From NCBI RefSeq assembly GCF_036507355.1, contig NZ_AP027877.1: a stretch of 64,000 bases of DNA; one strand, given 5' to 3'. Position 1 is the stretch's first letter. Each line of letters begins with the position of its first letter. Source of the stretch: Escherichia coli. Its GTDB lineage: Bacteria; Pseudomonadota; Gammaproteobacteria; Enterobacterales; Enterobacteriaceae. Positions 1-11,423 of this stretch are shown piece by piece. Under the pieces are notes generated by a model. It was not told the DNA's origin. It made no database searches and saw only the letters and a list, made by a program, of their open reading frames with translations. The position numbers and the translations under genes are program-made.

Positions 1-24
1 CGCTTACCTTCAGGTAAGCGTTTT
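1..24 (+). terminator. Putative rho-independent terminator (end of upstream ilvBN-side transcript)
   Basis: Inverted repeat cgcttacc-ttca-ggtaagcg followed by TTTT at the window start. Confidence 0.4.
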
Positions 25-131
25 GACGATAAGCGCAACATCATTAAGCCAATACATACCCCATATCCAACTTGAACAACATCGCGCTTATCGTTAAGGT
101 ATGCGCGTTTTTTATCCGCCAGGACCCAATC

Positions 132-722
132 ATGATCACCGTTGCCCTTATAGACGATCACCTTATCGTCCGCTCCGGCTTTGCGCAGTTGCTGGGGCTG
201 GAACCTGATTTGCAGGTAGTTGCCGAGTTTGGTTCGGGGCGCGAGGCGCTGGCGGGGCTGCCGGGGCGCGGTGTGCAGGTGTGTATTTGCGATATCTCCA
301 TGCCTGATATTTCCGGTCTGGAACTGCTAAGCCAACTGCCGAAAGGTATGGCGACAATTATGCTCTCCGTTCACGACAGTCCTGCGCTGGTTGAGCAGGC
401 GCTTAACGCGGGGGCGCGCGGCTTTCTCTCCAAACGTTGTAGCCCTGACGAACTGATTGCTGCGGTGCATACGGTTGCCACGGGCGGCTGTTATCTGACG
501 CCGGATATTGCCATTAAACTGGCATCCGGTCGCCAGGACCCGCTAACCAAACGTGAACGCCAGGTGGCGGAAAAACTGGCGCAAGGAATGGCGGTGAAAG
601 AGATTGCCGCCGAACTGGGCTTGTCACCGAAAACGGTACACGTCCATCGCGCCAACCTGATGGAAAAACTGGGTGTCAGTAACGACGTTGAACTGGCGCG
701 CCGTATGTTTGATGGCTGGTGA
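132..722 (+). CDS. uhpA: UhpA response regulator (NarL/LuxR family), activator of uhpT
   Basis: ORF 72..722 translation from [17 protein letters not shown] matches UhpA; receiver domain plus C-terminal LuxR HTH; start set at internal ATG 132. Confidence 0.9.
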
Positions 723-2224
723 TGAAGACGTTGTTCTCCCGCTTAATTACCGTTATTGCCTGCTTTTTTATCTTCTCTGCCGCATGGTTTTGCCTGTGGA
801 GTATCAGCCTGCACCTGGTTGAGCGCCCTGATATGGCGGTGCTGTTATTTCCGTTTGGTCTGCGTCTGGGGCTAATGCTGCAATGCCCGCGCGGATACTG
901 GCCGGTGCTGCTGGGCGCGGAGTGGCTGCTGATTTACTGGCTAACGCAGGCGGTCGGTTTAACCCATTTTCCGTTATTGATGATCGGTAGTTTACTGACG
1001 TTACTGCCCGTAGCGCTGATCTCGCGCTATCGCCATCAGCGTGACTGGCGCACCTTGCTGCTACAAGGGGCGGCATTAACGGCGGCGGCGTTGTTGCAGT
1101 CGCTGCCCTGGCTTTGGCACGGCAAAGAGTCGTGGAATGCGCTGTTGCTGACTTTAACTGGCGGCCTGACGCTGGCCCCGATATGTCTGGTGTTCTGGCA
1201 CTATCTCGCCAATAACACCTGGCTGCCGCTCGGGCCGTCGTTAGTTTCTCAACCGATCAACTGGCGCGGGCGTCATCTGGTCTGGTACTTGCTGCTGTTT
1301 GTTATTAGTCTCTGGCTCCAGTTGGGATTGCCGGACGAACTGTCGCGCTTTACGCCATTCTGCCTGGCGCTGCCGATTATCGCGCTGGCCTGGCACTACG
1401 GCTGGCAAGGGGCGCTGATTGCGACGTTGATGAACGCCATCGCGCTGATCGCCAGTCAAACCTGGCGCGATCATCCGGTGGATTTATTGCTCTCGCTGCT
1501 GGTGCAAAGTCTGACAGGGTTGTTGCTTGGCGCTGGCATCCAGCGGTTGCGTGAACTTAACCAGTCGCTGCAAAAAGAACTGGCGCGCAATCAGCATCTG
1601 GCTGAACGTTTGTTAGAAACCGAAGAGAGCGTGCGCCGTGATGTGGCGCGTGAGCTGCACGACGATATCGGTCAGACCATCACTGCCATTCGTACTCAGG
1701 CGGGCATTGTCCAGCGACTGGCGGCAGATAACGCCAGCGTGAAGCAGAGCGGGCAGCTCATCGAACAACTGTCGCTGGGTGTTTACGATGCGGTGCGCCG
1801 TTTGTTAGGGCGGTTACGTCCGCGCCAGCTGGATGATCTCACCCTGGAGCAGGCCATCCGCTCACTGATGCGGGAAATGGAGCTGGAAGGGCGCGGCATT
1901 GTCAGCCATCTCGAATGGCGTATCGATGAGTCAGCGTTAAGTGAAAACCAGCGCGTGACGCTGTTTCGCGTCTGCCAGGAAGGGCTGAACAACATTGTGA
2001 AACATGCCGATGCCAGCGCGGTTACGCTGCAAGGCTGGCAGCAGGATGAACGGTTGATGCTGGTGATTGAAGACGATGGCAGCGGTTTGCCGCCGGGTTC
2101 CGGGCAACAAGGTTTTGGCCTCACCGGAATGCGCGAGCGCGTAACGGCGCTGGGCGGCACATTACACATTTCCTGTCTGCACGGCACGCGTGTCAGCGTT
2201 TCTCTACCTCAACGCTATGTCTAA
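722..2224 (+). CDS. uhpB: UhpB sensor histidine kinase
   Basis: 500-aa membrane protein with H-box (ELHDDIGQ) and ATPase motifs; start overlaps uhpA stop (GTGATGA). Confidence 0.9.
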
Positions 2225-2233
2225 GGTTCGATG

Positions 2234-3553
2234 ATGTTGCCGTTTCTGAAAGCGCCTGCCGATGCGCCATTAATGACTGACAAACATGAAATTGATGCAC
2301 GCTATCGCTACTGGCGTCGGCATATTCTGCTGACCATCTGGCTGGGTTACGCGCTGTTTTACTTCACGCGTAAAAGTTTTAACGCCGCGGTACCAGAAAT
2401 CCTTGCTAACGGCGTGCTCAGCCGTAGCGATATCGGCCTGTTAGCGACCCTGTTTTACATTACCTACGGCGTGTCGAAGTTTGTCTCCGGCATTGTCAGC
2501 GATCGCTCAAATGCCCGTTATTTTATGGGGATAGGGCTTATCGCCACGGGCATTATCAACATTCTGTTTGGCTTCTCGACGTCGCTATGGGCGTTTGCCG
2601 TACTCTGGGTGCTGAACGCCTTTTTCCAGGGCTGGGGTTCACCGGTGTGTGCGCGTCTGTTAACCGCCTGGTATTCTCGTACCGAGCGCGGCGGTTGGTG
2701 GGCATTATGGAACACGGCGCATAACGTCGGCGGCGCACTCATTCCCATTGTGATGGCAGCGGCTGCACTACATTACGGCTGGCGTGCCGGGATGATGATT
2801 GCTGGTTGTATGGCGATCGTCGTGGGGATTTTTCTCTGCTGGCGGCTGCGCGATCGCCCGCAGGCGTTAGGTTTACCGGCGGTCGGTGAATGGCGGCACG
2901 ACGCGCTGGAGATTGCTCAACAACAAGAAGGGGCAGGGCTGACGCGTAAAGAGATCCTCACCAAGTATGTGTTACTGAATCCGTATATCTGGCTGCTTTC
3001 GTTTTGCTATGTGCTGGTCTATGTGGTCCGGGCGGCAATCAACGACTGGGGCAATTTGTATATGTCCGAGACGCTGGGCGTCGATCTGGTCACGGCGAAT
3101 ACGGCAGTGACGATGTTTGAACTGGGCGGATTTATCGGTGCGCTGGTAGCCGGTTGGGGCTCGGACAAATTGTTTAACGGCAACCGTGGGCCGATGAATT
3201 TGATTTTCGCCGCCGGAATTTTGCTTTCAGTCGGCTCGCTGTGGCTGATGCCATTTGCCAGCTACGTGATGCAGGCAACCTGCTTCTTCACTATTGGTTT
3301 TTTTGTCTTTGGCCCGCAGATGTTAATCGGCATGGCGGCGGCAGAGTGTTCCCACAAAGAGGCGGCAGGGGCGGCGACGGGGTTTGTCGGCTTGTTTGCT
3401 TATCTGGGGGCGTCGCTTGCTGGTTGGCCACTGGCGAAAGTACTCGATACCTGGCACTGGAGCGGATTTTTTGTGGTTATCTCTATCGCCGCCGGGGTTT
3501 CCGCACTGCTGTTACTGCCCTTTTTGAACGCTCAGGCACCGCGCGAAGCGTGA
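2234..3553 (+). CDS. uhpC: UhpC membrane sensor of glucose-6-phosphate (MFS, UhpT-like)
   Basis: MLPFLKAPADAPLM N-terminus, MFS fold, position downstream of uhpB. Confidence 0.9.
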   Translation: MLPFLKAPADAPLMTDKHEIDARYRYWRRHILLTIWLGYALFYFTRKSFNAAVPEILANGVLSRSDIGLLATLFYITYGVSKFVSGIVSDRSNARYFMGIGLIATGIINILFGFSTSLWAFAVLWVLNAFFQGWGSPVCARLLTAWYSRTERGGWWALWNTAHNVGGALIPIVMAAAALHYGWRAGMMIAGCMAIVVGIFLCWRLRDRPQALGLPAVGEWRHDALEIAQQQEGAGLTRKEILTKYVLLNPYIWLLSFCYVLVYVVRAAINDWGNLYMSETLGVDLVTANTAVTMFELGGFIGALVAGWGSDKLFNGNRGPMNLIFAAGILLSVGSLWLMPFASYVMQATCFFTIGFFVFGPQMLIGMAAAECSHKEAAGAATGFVGLFAYLGASLAGWPLAKVLDTWHWSGFFVVISIAAGVSALLLLPFLNAQAPREA

Positions 3554-3589
3554 TGCATCTCACCTTTTCACTTCATATCCGGCAAAACT

Positions 3590-3700
3590 AAGAAATTTTC
3601 CAGGTTTTGCCTGGACGCTATCTCAGGCCTGATTTGCTGCTGATTTTTACAATGCCATCATTCATTAATTCTTTCCCAAAATAATTCAAGTTGCAGGAAC
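3590..3700 (+). promoter_or_regulatory. uhpT promoter region with candidate UhpA-binding repeats
   Basis: Intergenic region upstream of uhpT containing ccagg-ttttg-cctgg and caggcctga repeat motifs; assignment by position and recollection of uhpT regulation, exact sites not verified. Confidence 0.3.
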
Positions 3701-3808
3701 GCAGCAAACGCGTGAGTCCCGGGAGCATAGTGAACGATGTGACCGGGAGGAATGCGTGCAGCTAAGGCACCTGCGGCTTGAAGTATGAAGGGAAATCAGG
3801 AGTAACCC

Positions 3809-5200
3809 ATGCTGGCTTTCTTAAACCAGGTTCGCAAGCCGACCCTGGACCTTCCGCTCGAAGTGCGGCGCAAAATGTGGTTCAAACCGTTCATGCAATC
3901 CTACCTGGTGGTCTTTATCGGCTACCTGACGATGTACCTGATTCGCAAGAACTTTAACATCGCGCAGAACGATATGATTTCGACCTACGGGTTGAGCATG
4001 ACGCAGCTGGGGATGATCGGCCTGGGTTTCTCCATCACTTATGGCGTGGGTAAAACGCTGGTTTCCTACTACGCCGACGGCAAAAACACCAAACAATTCC
4101 TGCCGTTCATGCTTATCCTGTCTGCCATTTGTATGCTGGGCTTCAGTGCCAGTATGGGCAGCGGCTCGGTTAGCCTGTTCCTGATGATTGCCTTCTACGC
4201 CTTAAGCGGCTTTTTCCAGAGCACCGGCGGTTCGTGCAGTTACTCCACCATCACCAAATGGACGCCGCGTCGTAAACGTGGGACGTTCCTCGGTTTCTGG
4301 AACATTTCTCACAACCTTGGCGGTGCAGGCGCGGCAGGTGTGGCGCTGTTTGGGGCAAATTACCTGTTCGATGGTCATGTCATCGGCATGTTTATTTTCC
4401 CGTCGATTATCGCGCTGATTGTCGGTTTTATTGGCCTGCGTTACGGCAGCGACTCCCCGGAATCTTATGGCCTCGGCAAAGCTGAAGAACTGTTCGGCGA
4501 GGAGATCAGCGAAGAGGACAAAGAGACTGAATCTACCGATATGACCAAGTGGCAGATCTTTGTTGAGTATGTGCTGAAAAACAAAGTGATCTGGCTGCTG
4601 TGCTTCGCCAACATTTTCCTCTATGTGGTGCGTATTGGTATCGACCAGTGGTCAACCGTGTACGCGTTCCAGGAACTGAAACTCTCTAAAGCGGTGGCGA
4701 TTCAGGGCTTTACGCTGTTTGAAGCTGGTGCGCTGGTCGGTACGCTGCTGTGGGGCTGGCTCTCTGACCTGGCGAACGGTCGCCGTGGCCTGGTGGCCTG
4801 CATCGCGCTGGCGCTGATTATCGCCACGCTCGGTGTGTATCAACATGCCAGCAACGAATATATCTATCTGGCTTCTCTCTTTGCGTTGGGCTTCCTGGTC
4901 TTTGGCCCGCAATTGTTGATTGGTGTGGCTGCTGTTGGTTTTGTACCTAAAAAAGCGATTGGTGCTGCCGATGGTATTAAAGGCACCTTTGCTTACCTGA
5001 TTGGTGACAGCTTTGCCAAGTTAGGTCTGGGAATGATTGCCGATGGGACGCCGGTATTCGGCCTTACCGGCTGGGCAGGCACCTTCGCCGCGCTGGATAT
5101 CGCCGCGATTGGTTGTATCTGCCTGATGGCGATAGTGGCGGTGATGGAAGAACGCAAAATCCGCCGCGAGAAAAAAATTCAGCAGTTGACAGTGGCATAA
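3809..5200 (+). CDS. uhpT: Hexose-6-phosphate:phosphate antiporter UhpT (MFS)
   Basis: 463-aa [32 protein letters not shown]-terminus. Confidence 0.92.
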
Positions 5201-5218
5201 ACGTAACTGGTGACTTTT

Positions 5219-5246
5219 GCCCGGCATGACGCCGGGCTTTTTTTTT
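5219..5246. terminator. Bidirectional rho-independent terminator between uhpT and ade
   Basis: GC stem gcccggcatgacgccgggc followed by T9, between convergent genes. Confidence 0.7.
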
Positions 5247-5247
5247 A

Positions 5248-7014
5248 TTATTCCGTGACTTCCAGCGTGGTGAAGGCAAACTTCTCGCCATCAAATAGCC
5301 CCTGACTGGTTAGTTTTAGCGCGGGGATCACTGGCAGAGAAAGAAACGCCATCTGAATAAACGGCTCATCGGGTAACGGACCGCATTCACGGGCGGCGGC
5401 TTTCAAGGCGTCAATTTGTTCCGCCAGCGACTGCGCCGTGTCGGTGCTCATCAGCCCGGCAATGGGCAACGGTAGATGACTTTGTACCTGGCCGTCACGT
5501 ACCACGCACAACCCGCCGCCATCCTGAATCACCTGATTGACCGCCAGCGCCATCTCTTCGGCACTGCGACCGATCACCACAATATTATGGCTGTCATGGC
5601 TGACCGTCGCAGCCAGCGCACCTTCATTCAGGCCAAAGCCGCCGAGCAAACCACAGGCCGGAGCCAGCCGTTGCCCGTAACGCTCAAGTACGGCAATAAA
5701 GCACACATCATCGCGATCAAAACCATTTTCGCTATAGACGCTGGAGCGGGAGTGCGTAATCAATTCGTTATGGATGACGTCAATGACCCGATAGCGTTTT
5801 CCGGGCATGAATTGCAGGGCAAAGTCGCTGGCGGAAACTGGCTGGCGGGCAATGGTATTGCCAAATGGCGGGGCAGACTGCGCCAGTCTCGCCGACTCTT
5901 CCGCCTGTAAGGTTTGCGCGTCAATCGGTTCGCCTTTCACCAGTACCTGCTGCACCGTGACCTTACGCGCATCGCTCAACAGGACGATATCAGCCTGCTT
6001 TCCGGGTGCCAGTAAGCCGAGGTGATTCAGACCAAAGTGGCGCGCCGTCGACCAGCTGGCGACGCGATATGCCACATGCAGCGGCACATTGTGTTGTTCG
6101 ATCAGGCGGCGAATTAGGGCATCGATATGCCCTTCATGGGCGATCTCCCACGGGTTACGGTCATCAGTACAGAGCATGCATTGCGGGCTGTTAAATTCGT
6201 TGATCAACGGTGCCAGTGCGTTGAGATTGCGGGCAGCGGACCCCTCGCGGATCATCAACGACATGCCGAGTTGTAATTTCCGGCGTCCTTCTTCCAGCTG
6301 ATAACTTTCGTGGCAGTTTTCAATACCCGCGGCAATATAGGCGTTAAGTTCTTTACCACCCAAACCCGGGCAGTGACCGTCCAGCGTCAGGTGGCGAAAT
6401 GCATCCAGTTTATCGAGCAGCGCATTCTGCCCGCTAATTACGCCAGGGTAGTCCATCATTTCTGCAAGGCCGGTAACCTGCGGATGGTCCCGCCAGGCGA
6501 GCATCTGTTCAAGGGTAAAACTGGCACCGTTAACATCGCAGCCTTCCAGAGCGGGCACGCAAGAGCTGACCTGTAAGTACTGGTTTTGCCTTGCCTGTTT
6601 GGCACAGCGGGCAAACCAGGCGAATCCGGCTTCGCCCATCACGTTGACGATTTCATGAGGGTCGCAAATAACGGTCGTCAGGCCGCGCGGCAGGGTAGCG
6701 GTTTCAAAAGTGACCGGCGTCATCATGCTGGATTCAATATGCAGGTGAGCATCAATAAACCCTGGCACCGCCGTTGCGCCGCGGGCATCAATCCGCTGCA
6801 AAGCCGGAGCATCAGTGTATTCTGCGCCAACACCGGCAATGTAACGTCCTTTAATCACAATTGGGCCGGAAATTTCTCCGCCATTGATCAGGTCGAGAAT
6901 AGAGACATTATCAATAATATAATCGGCAACAGCGTCGCCACGGGAAACGGCTAACAATTCCTGGTATTCAGCCCGGCTAATGTGATGAAATTTATGGTTA
7001 ATAGAATTATTCAT
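5248..7014 (-). CDS. ade: Adenine deaminase
   Basis: 588-aa ORF with amidohydrolase metal-binding motifs ([12 protein letters not shown]), matches Ade/YicP. Confidence 0.9.
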   Translation of the reverse strand: MNNSINHKFHHISRAEYQELLAVSRGDAVADYIIDNVSILDLINGGEISGPIVIKGRYIAGVGAEYTDAPALQRIDARGATAVPGFIDAHLHIESSMMTPVTFETATLPRGLTTVICDPHEIVNVMGEAGFAWFARCAKQARQNQYLQVSSCVPALEGCDVNGASFTLEQMLAWRDHPQVTGLAEMMDYPGVISGQNALLDKLDAFRHLTLDGHCPGLGGKELNAYIAAGIENCHESYQLEEGRRKLQLGMSLMIREGSAARNLNALAPLINEFNSPQCMLCTDDRNPWEIAHEGHIDALIRRLIEQHNVPLHVAYRVASWSTARHFGLNHLGLLAPGKQADIVLLSDARKVTVQQVLVKGEPIDAQTLQAEESARLAQSAPPFGNTIARQPVSASDFALQFMPGKRYRVIDVIHNELITHSRSSVYSENGFDRDDVCFIAVLERYGQRLAPACGLLGGFGLNEGALAATVSHDSHNIVVIGRSAEEMALAVNQVIQDGGGLCVVRDGQVQSHLPLPIAGLMSTDTAQSLAEQIDALKAAARECGPLPDEPFIQMAFLSLPVIPALKLTSQGLFDGEKFAFTTLEVTE

Positions 7015-7188
7015 ATTTTTCTCATTTTGATTTTATCAATTTGATTATTATTTATCATAAAGAAACGTCGCGAGATTATTAAAGAATATCCATTAATGTG
7101 CAATTGAAATGTGATAATTATCACTGAACCGTTGTTGTCATTTGTTTTACAAAAGCAAGGGATTAAATCTCCTCCAATGGACAACAAA

Positions 7189-8523
7189 ATGAATAATGAC
7201 AATACCGATTACGTGAGTAATGAATCAGGGACGCTTTCGCGATTATTTAAACTACCTCAGCATGGGACCACCGTCCGCACAGAATTGATTGCGGGGATGA
7301 CCACTTTTTTAACCATGGTGTACATCGTTTTTGTGAATCCACAAATTCTCGGCGCGGCACAAATGGACCCGAAAGTGGTGTTTGTTACCACCTGTTTGAT
7401 TGCCGGTATCGGCAGCATTGCGATGGGGATATTTGCTAACTTACCTGTGGCGCTGGCTCCGGCAATGGGGCTGAACGCCTTCTTTGCCTTCGTGGTCGTG
7501 GGGGCGATGGGTATCTCCTGGCAGACCGGGATGGGCGCGATATTCTGGGGCGCAATTGGGCTATTTTTGCTCACGCTGTTTCGTATCCGGTACTGGATGA
7601 TCTCCAACATTCCATTAAGTTTACGTATTGGTATCACCAGTGGAATCGGATTATTTATTGCCTTAATGGGATTAAAAAACACTGGCGTTATTGTCGCCAA
7701 TAAAGACACCCTGGTGATGATTGGCGATTTAAGCTCTCACGGCGTGTTGTTAGGTATATTAGGTTTTTTTATTATAACCGTATTGTCATCACGTCATTTT
7801 CATGCCGCGGTGCTGGTTTCCATCGTCGTCACTTCCTGCTGCGGATTATTTTTCGGTGATGTTCATTTTAGCGGCGTCTATTCCATTCCGCCTGATATTA
7901 GCGGCGTCATTGGTGAAGTAGATTTGAGCGGCGCGTTAACACTTGAACTCGCCGGTATCATTTTCTCCTTTATGCTGATCAACCTATTTGATTCATCAGG
8001 AACATTAATTGGTGTAACTGATAAAGCTGGCTTAATAGATAGTAACGGTAAATTCCCCAATATGAATAAGGCGCTGTATGTTGATAGCGTCAGTTCGGTG
8101 GCGGGTGCGTTTATCGGCACCTCGTCTGTTACTGCCTATATTGAAAGTACTTCTGGTGTGGCAGTCGGTGGCCGCACGGGGCTGACTGCGGTTGTGGTTG
8201 GCGTTATGTTCCTGTTGGTTATGTTCTTCTCACCGCTGGTGGCGATGGTTCCTCCTTACGCAACCGCTGGAGCGTTAATCTTTGTTGGCGTGCTGATGAC
8301 TTCGAGCCTGGCGCGCGTTAACTGGGATGATTTTACCGAATCGGTGCCTGCGTTTATTACCACGGTGATGATGCCCTTTACTTTCTCGATCACCGAAGGG
8401 ATTGCACTCGGCTTTATGTCGTACTGCATCATGAAAGTGTGCACCGGGCGCTGGCGCGATCTGAACCTGTGTGTGGTGATGGTCGCAGCTCTGTTTGCAC
8501 TCAAGATTATTCTGGTGGATTAG
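7189..8523 (+). CDS. adeQ: Adenine permease AdeQ (NCS2 family)
   Basis: ORF 7111..8523; internal start MNNDNTDYVSNESG gives 444 aa; polytopic NCS2 transporter; divergent from ade. Confidence 0.85.
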   Translation: MNNDNTDYVSNESGTLSRLFKLPQHGTTVRTELIAGMTTFLTMVYIVFVNPQILGAAQMDPKVVFVTTCLIAGIGSIAMGIFANLPVALAPAMGLNAFFAFVVVGAMGISWQTGMGAIFWGAIGLFLLTLFRIRYWMISNIPLSLRIGITSGIGLFIALMGLKNTGVIVANKDTLVMIGDLSSHGVLLGILGFFIITVLSSRHFHAAVLVSIVVTSCCGLFFGDVHFSGVYSIPPDISGVIGEVDLSGALTLELAGIIFSFMLINLFDSSGTLIGVTDKAGLIDSNGKFPNMNKALYVDSVSSVAGAFIGTSSVTAYIESTSGVAVGGRTGLTAVVVGVMFLLVMFFSPLVAMVPPYATAGALIFVGVLMTSSLARVNWDDFTESVPAFITTVMMPFTFSITEGIALGFMSYCIMKVCTGRWRDLNLCVVMVAALFALKIILVD

Positions 8524-8575
8524 TAACTGGCGAGGGTTTCCAGATATCATGAGTTCTGATTACGCAGGAGAACTC

Positions 8576-9028
8576 ATGATCTGGATAATGCTCGCCACGC
8601 TGGCGGTAGTGTTTGTGGTTGGTTTTCGGGTGCTGACATCCGGGGCCAGAAAAGCGATTCGCCGTCTCAGCGATCGGCTGAATATCGATGTTGTACCCGT
8701 GGAGTCGATGGTCGATCAAATGGGAAAGTCAGCTGGTGACGAATTTTTACGTTATTTGCATCGTCCGGATGAGTCGCACCTGCAAAACGCCGCGCAGGTG
8801 TTGCTCATCTGGCAAATTGTCATTGTCGATGGTAGCGAACAGAACCTGCTGCAATGGCATCGGATTTTACAAAAAGCCCGCCTTGCCGCGCCGATTACCG
8901 ATGCTCAGGTCAGGCTGGCGCTGGGTTTTCTGCGCGAAACTGAACCTGAAATGCAGGATATTAATGCTTTTCAGATGCGCTATAACGCATTCTTTCAGCC
9001 TGCCGAGGGCGTTCACTGGCTGCATTAA
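8576..9028 (+). CDS. yicN: YicN, DUF1198 small membrane-anchored protein
   Basis: ORF 8495..9028; start at MIWIMLATLAVVFVVGF gives 150 aa; conserved position after adeQ. Confidence 0.7.
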   Translation: MIWIMLATLAVVFVVGFRVLTSGARKAIRRLSDRLNIDVVPVESMVDQMGKSAGDEFLRYLHRPDESHLQNAAQVLLIWQIVIVDGSEQNLLQWHRILQKARLAAPITDAQVRLALGFLRETEPEMQDINAFQMRYNAFFQPAEGVHWLH

Positions 9029-9039
9029 AACCGCTTCGT

Positions 9040-9110
9040 CTTATCAGCCTACAGACCGTGCCTGACCTGTCGGGTGGATAAGGCGTTCACGCCGCATCCG
9101 GCATCGGAAC
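9040..9110. repeat. REP-like extragenic palindromic element
   Basis: Imperfect palindromes (cttatcagcctacag ... ggataaggcgttcacgccgcatccggca) typical of enterobacterial REP units, downstream of yicN. Confidence 0.5.
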
Positions 9111-9143
9111 TGACAGTAGGTGAACGCATTATCTACGTTCTAT

Positions 9144-9467
9144 TTACAGCAGCACCTCCAGCCCGTGTTTTTGCACAATGCTGAGCAGTTTTAATGAAAT
9201 GCCATTGGGGCGTTTAGCGCCACTTTCCCATTTTTGTACAGTTGAAACGCTGGTATTGAGATAGTGAGCGAAGACGGGCTGACTCACTTTTAATTTTTCC
9301 CGCAGTGCTTTTATCTCAACAGGTTGTAAGTCTTGCACGCTGGTCAGGCAGGCTTTGTCAAAAGTACGCATTGTTTCGGCAGAAATAGCATCGACGCTGG
9401 ACAATCCAGCCGCTGCGCTGTGAATAGCCTCAAATGCAGGACTTTTAAATTTAGTTTTTGCAGTCAT
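9144..9467 (-). CDS. HTH XRE-family antitoxin (HigA-like)
   Basis: 107-aa ORF with C-terminal HTH (SQPVFAHYLNTSVSTVQKWESGAKRP), overlaps the upstream toxin ORF by 17 bp. Confidence 0.65.
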   Translation of the reverse strand: MTAKTKFKSPAFEAIHSAAAGLSSVDAISAETMRTFDKACLTSVQDLQPVEIKALREKLKVSQPVFAHYLNTSVSTVQKWESGAKRPNGISLKLLSIVQKHGLEVLL

Positions 9468-9810
9468 AGCAGATCTCTGTCAGTTCTTTAGTGTTAATCA
9501 TTGCTGTTAGTTGGGCTTTCGTCAGGAAGGCATAATGCTTTGCAAGTTCACGAAACCCAGCCAGTTCCTGACTATTGATGTTCGACATATCCTGTTTTGC
9601 ATATAAAAACGTGTAAAACCAATTGCTTCCCCCTTTTGCCAGAATAATTGCACGCTCACGATTTTGGTGAAGGCGCTTTTTAAAAACGCCACCACCAAGT
9701 GCATCAGCTTTACCTTGCTCCGTTTCTAAAATGGCCCGGCACAACTCTTCATCTGTTATTGCATGAGACCTGGCTTCCCTTGCAAACCATTTGGTTTTAA
9801 ACACGCGCAT
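9451..9810 (-). CDS. RelE/ParE-superfamily toxin (HigB-like)
   Basis: 119-aa basic protein MRVFKTKWFAREA..., encoded immediately upstream of and overlapping an HTH antitoxin; toxin-first order typical of HigBA modules. Confidence 0.6.
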   Translation of the reverse strand: MRVFKTKWFAREARSHAITDEELCRAILETEQGKADALGGGVFKKRLHQNRERAIILAKGGSNWFYTFLYAKQDMSNINSQELAGFRELAKHYAFLTKAQLTAMINTKELTEICYDCKN

Positions 9811-10037
9811 ATCGTTGAGGTCCTGTTATTAAAGTATATCACCAAGTGCAATACTTTATCCCTTATTCCCAACCCAATCGCGAAAATGCATATCAGCTTG
9901 CCCTATGATTTTTGTTTCTTCGAGCAGCCTCGAACTTTTCCCACAACACCGTAAAAGTTGCAAAAACGTTAAATGCGTCACACATTTCAATGTTAAAGTG
10001 GTCGGCTTTTCCCCTGAAACATGCCACGGGTAACACC

Positions 10038-11222
10038 ATGAGTGAATTTATTGCCGAAAACCGCGGCGCGGATGCCATCACCCGACCGAACTGGTCAGCC
10101 GTTTTCTCGGTGGCGTTTTGTGTCGCCTGTCTGATTATCGTTGAGTTTTTGCCCGTCAGTTTGTTGACGCCAATGGCCCAGGATTTAGGCATTTCGGAAG
10201 GGGTTGCTGGGCAATCGGTGACCGTGACCGCCTTTGTGGCAATGTTTGCCAGTTTGTTTATTACCCAGACAATTCAGGCCACTGACCGCCGCTACGTTGT
10301 TATTTTATTTGCCGTTTTGCTGACGCTCTCCTGTTTGCTGGTTTCCTTTGCTAACTCATTCAGTTTGCTTTTAATCGGTCGTGCCTGTCTGGGGCTGGCG
10401 CTGGGCGGGTTCTGGGCGATGTCGGCGTCGCTGACCATGCGTCTGGTACCGCCGCGTACGGTGCCGAAGGCGCTGTCGGTGATCTTCGGCGCGGTTTCTA
10501 TTGCGCTGGTGATTGCCGCGCCGTTGGGCAGTTTTTTAGGCGAGCTTATCGGTTGGCGCAATGTCTTTAATGCGGCGGCGGTGATGGGCGTGCTGTGTAT
10601 TTTCTGGATTATCAAATCATTGCCTTCACTGCCAGGCGAACCCTCGCATCAGAAACAAAATACTTTCCGCTTATTACAACGTCCGGGTGTGATGGCAGGG
10701 ATGATCGCCATCTTCATGTCTTTCGCCGGGCAGTTTGCTTTCTTCACGTATATTCGCCCGGTGTATATGAACCTGGCGGGATTCAGCGTGGATGGCTTAA
10801 CGCTGGTGCTGTTGAGTTTTGGTATCGCCAGCTTTATCGGTACGTCGCTTTCGTCGTTCATTCTTAAACGTTCGGTAAAACTGGCCTTAGCAGGCGCGCC
10901 GTTAATACTGGCTGTGAGTGCGTTGGTGCTGACGTTGTGGGGAAGCGATAAAATCGTTGCTACCGGCGTGGCGATTATCTGGGGGCTAACTTTTGCATTG
11001 GTTCCCGTCGGCTGGTCAACGTGGATCACCCGCTCACTGGCCGATCAGGCAGAAAAAGCCGGGTCTATTCAGGTGGCGGTTATTCAGCTTGCTAATACCT
11101 GTGGCGCGGCAATCGGCGGTTATGCGCTGGATAATATTGGTCTGACTTCGCCGTTGATGTTGTCCGGCACATTGATGTTGCTGACGGCGTTATTGGTCAC
11201 CGCAAAGGTGAAAATGAAGTAA
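10038..11222 (+). CDS. nepI: Purine ribonucleoside efflux pump NepI (MFS)
   Basis: ORF 9912..11222; start at [23 protein letters not shown]; 12-TM MFS. Confidence 0.88.
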   Translation: MSEFIAENRGADAITRPNWSAVFSVAFCVACLIIVEFLPVSLLTPMAQDLGISEGVAGQSVTVTAFVAMFASLFITQTIQATDRRYVVILFAVLLTLSCLLVSFANSFSLLLIGRACLGLALGGFWAMSASLTMRLVPPRTVPKALSVIFGAVSIALVIAAPLGSFLGELIGWRNVFNAAAVMGVLCIFWIIKSLPSLPGEPSHQKQNTFRLLQRPGVMAGMIAIFMSFAGQFAFFTYIRPVYMNLAGFSVDGLTLVLLSFGIASFIGTSLSSFILKRSVKLALAGAPLILAVSALVLTLWGSDKIVATGVAIIWGLTFALVPVGWSTWITRSLADQAEKAGSIQVAVIQLANTCGAAIGGYALDNIGLTSPLMLSGTLMLLTALLVTAKVKMK

Positions 11223-11423
11223 CGTATTTACAGGAGGGTTATTGCTCTGGCGGGAAAGCTCTCCTGTTCTTCCCCCTGATAACGCTTGATCAGGTATTGT
11301 TCTTATCTTGTTGTTATTTCCATTATTCCGCCTGTATTCATCATTTGCTAATCATGAATCATCATTTTCCCTCATGTTAAAGAAAGGTCATTTAATCTGA
11401 ACGCATAGCGACAGGGATGACAA

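Noticed and set aside
3241-3591. 116-aa plus-strand ORF overlapping the uhpC 3' end
   Set aside because: It is an alternative frame inside uhpC with an Arg/Gly-rich product.
5476-6954. Several 60 to 144-aa ORFs antisense to ade
   Set aside because: They are internal to a well-supported 588-aa gene, have no RBS context, and have Arg/Ala-rich composition typical of antisense frames.
8688-9065. 125-aa plus-strand ORF overlapping the yicN 3' half and the REP element
   Set aside because: It is an alternative frame of yicN running into a REP palindrome, with a Cys/Arg-rich product.
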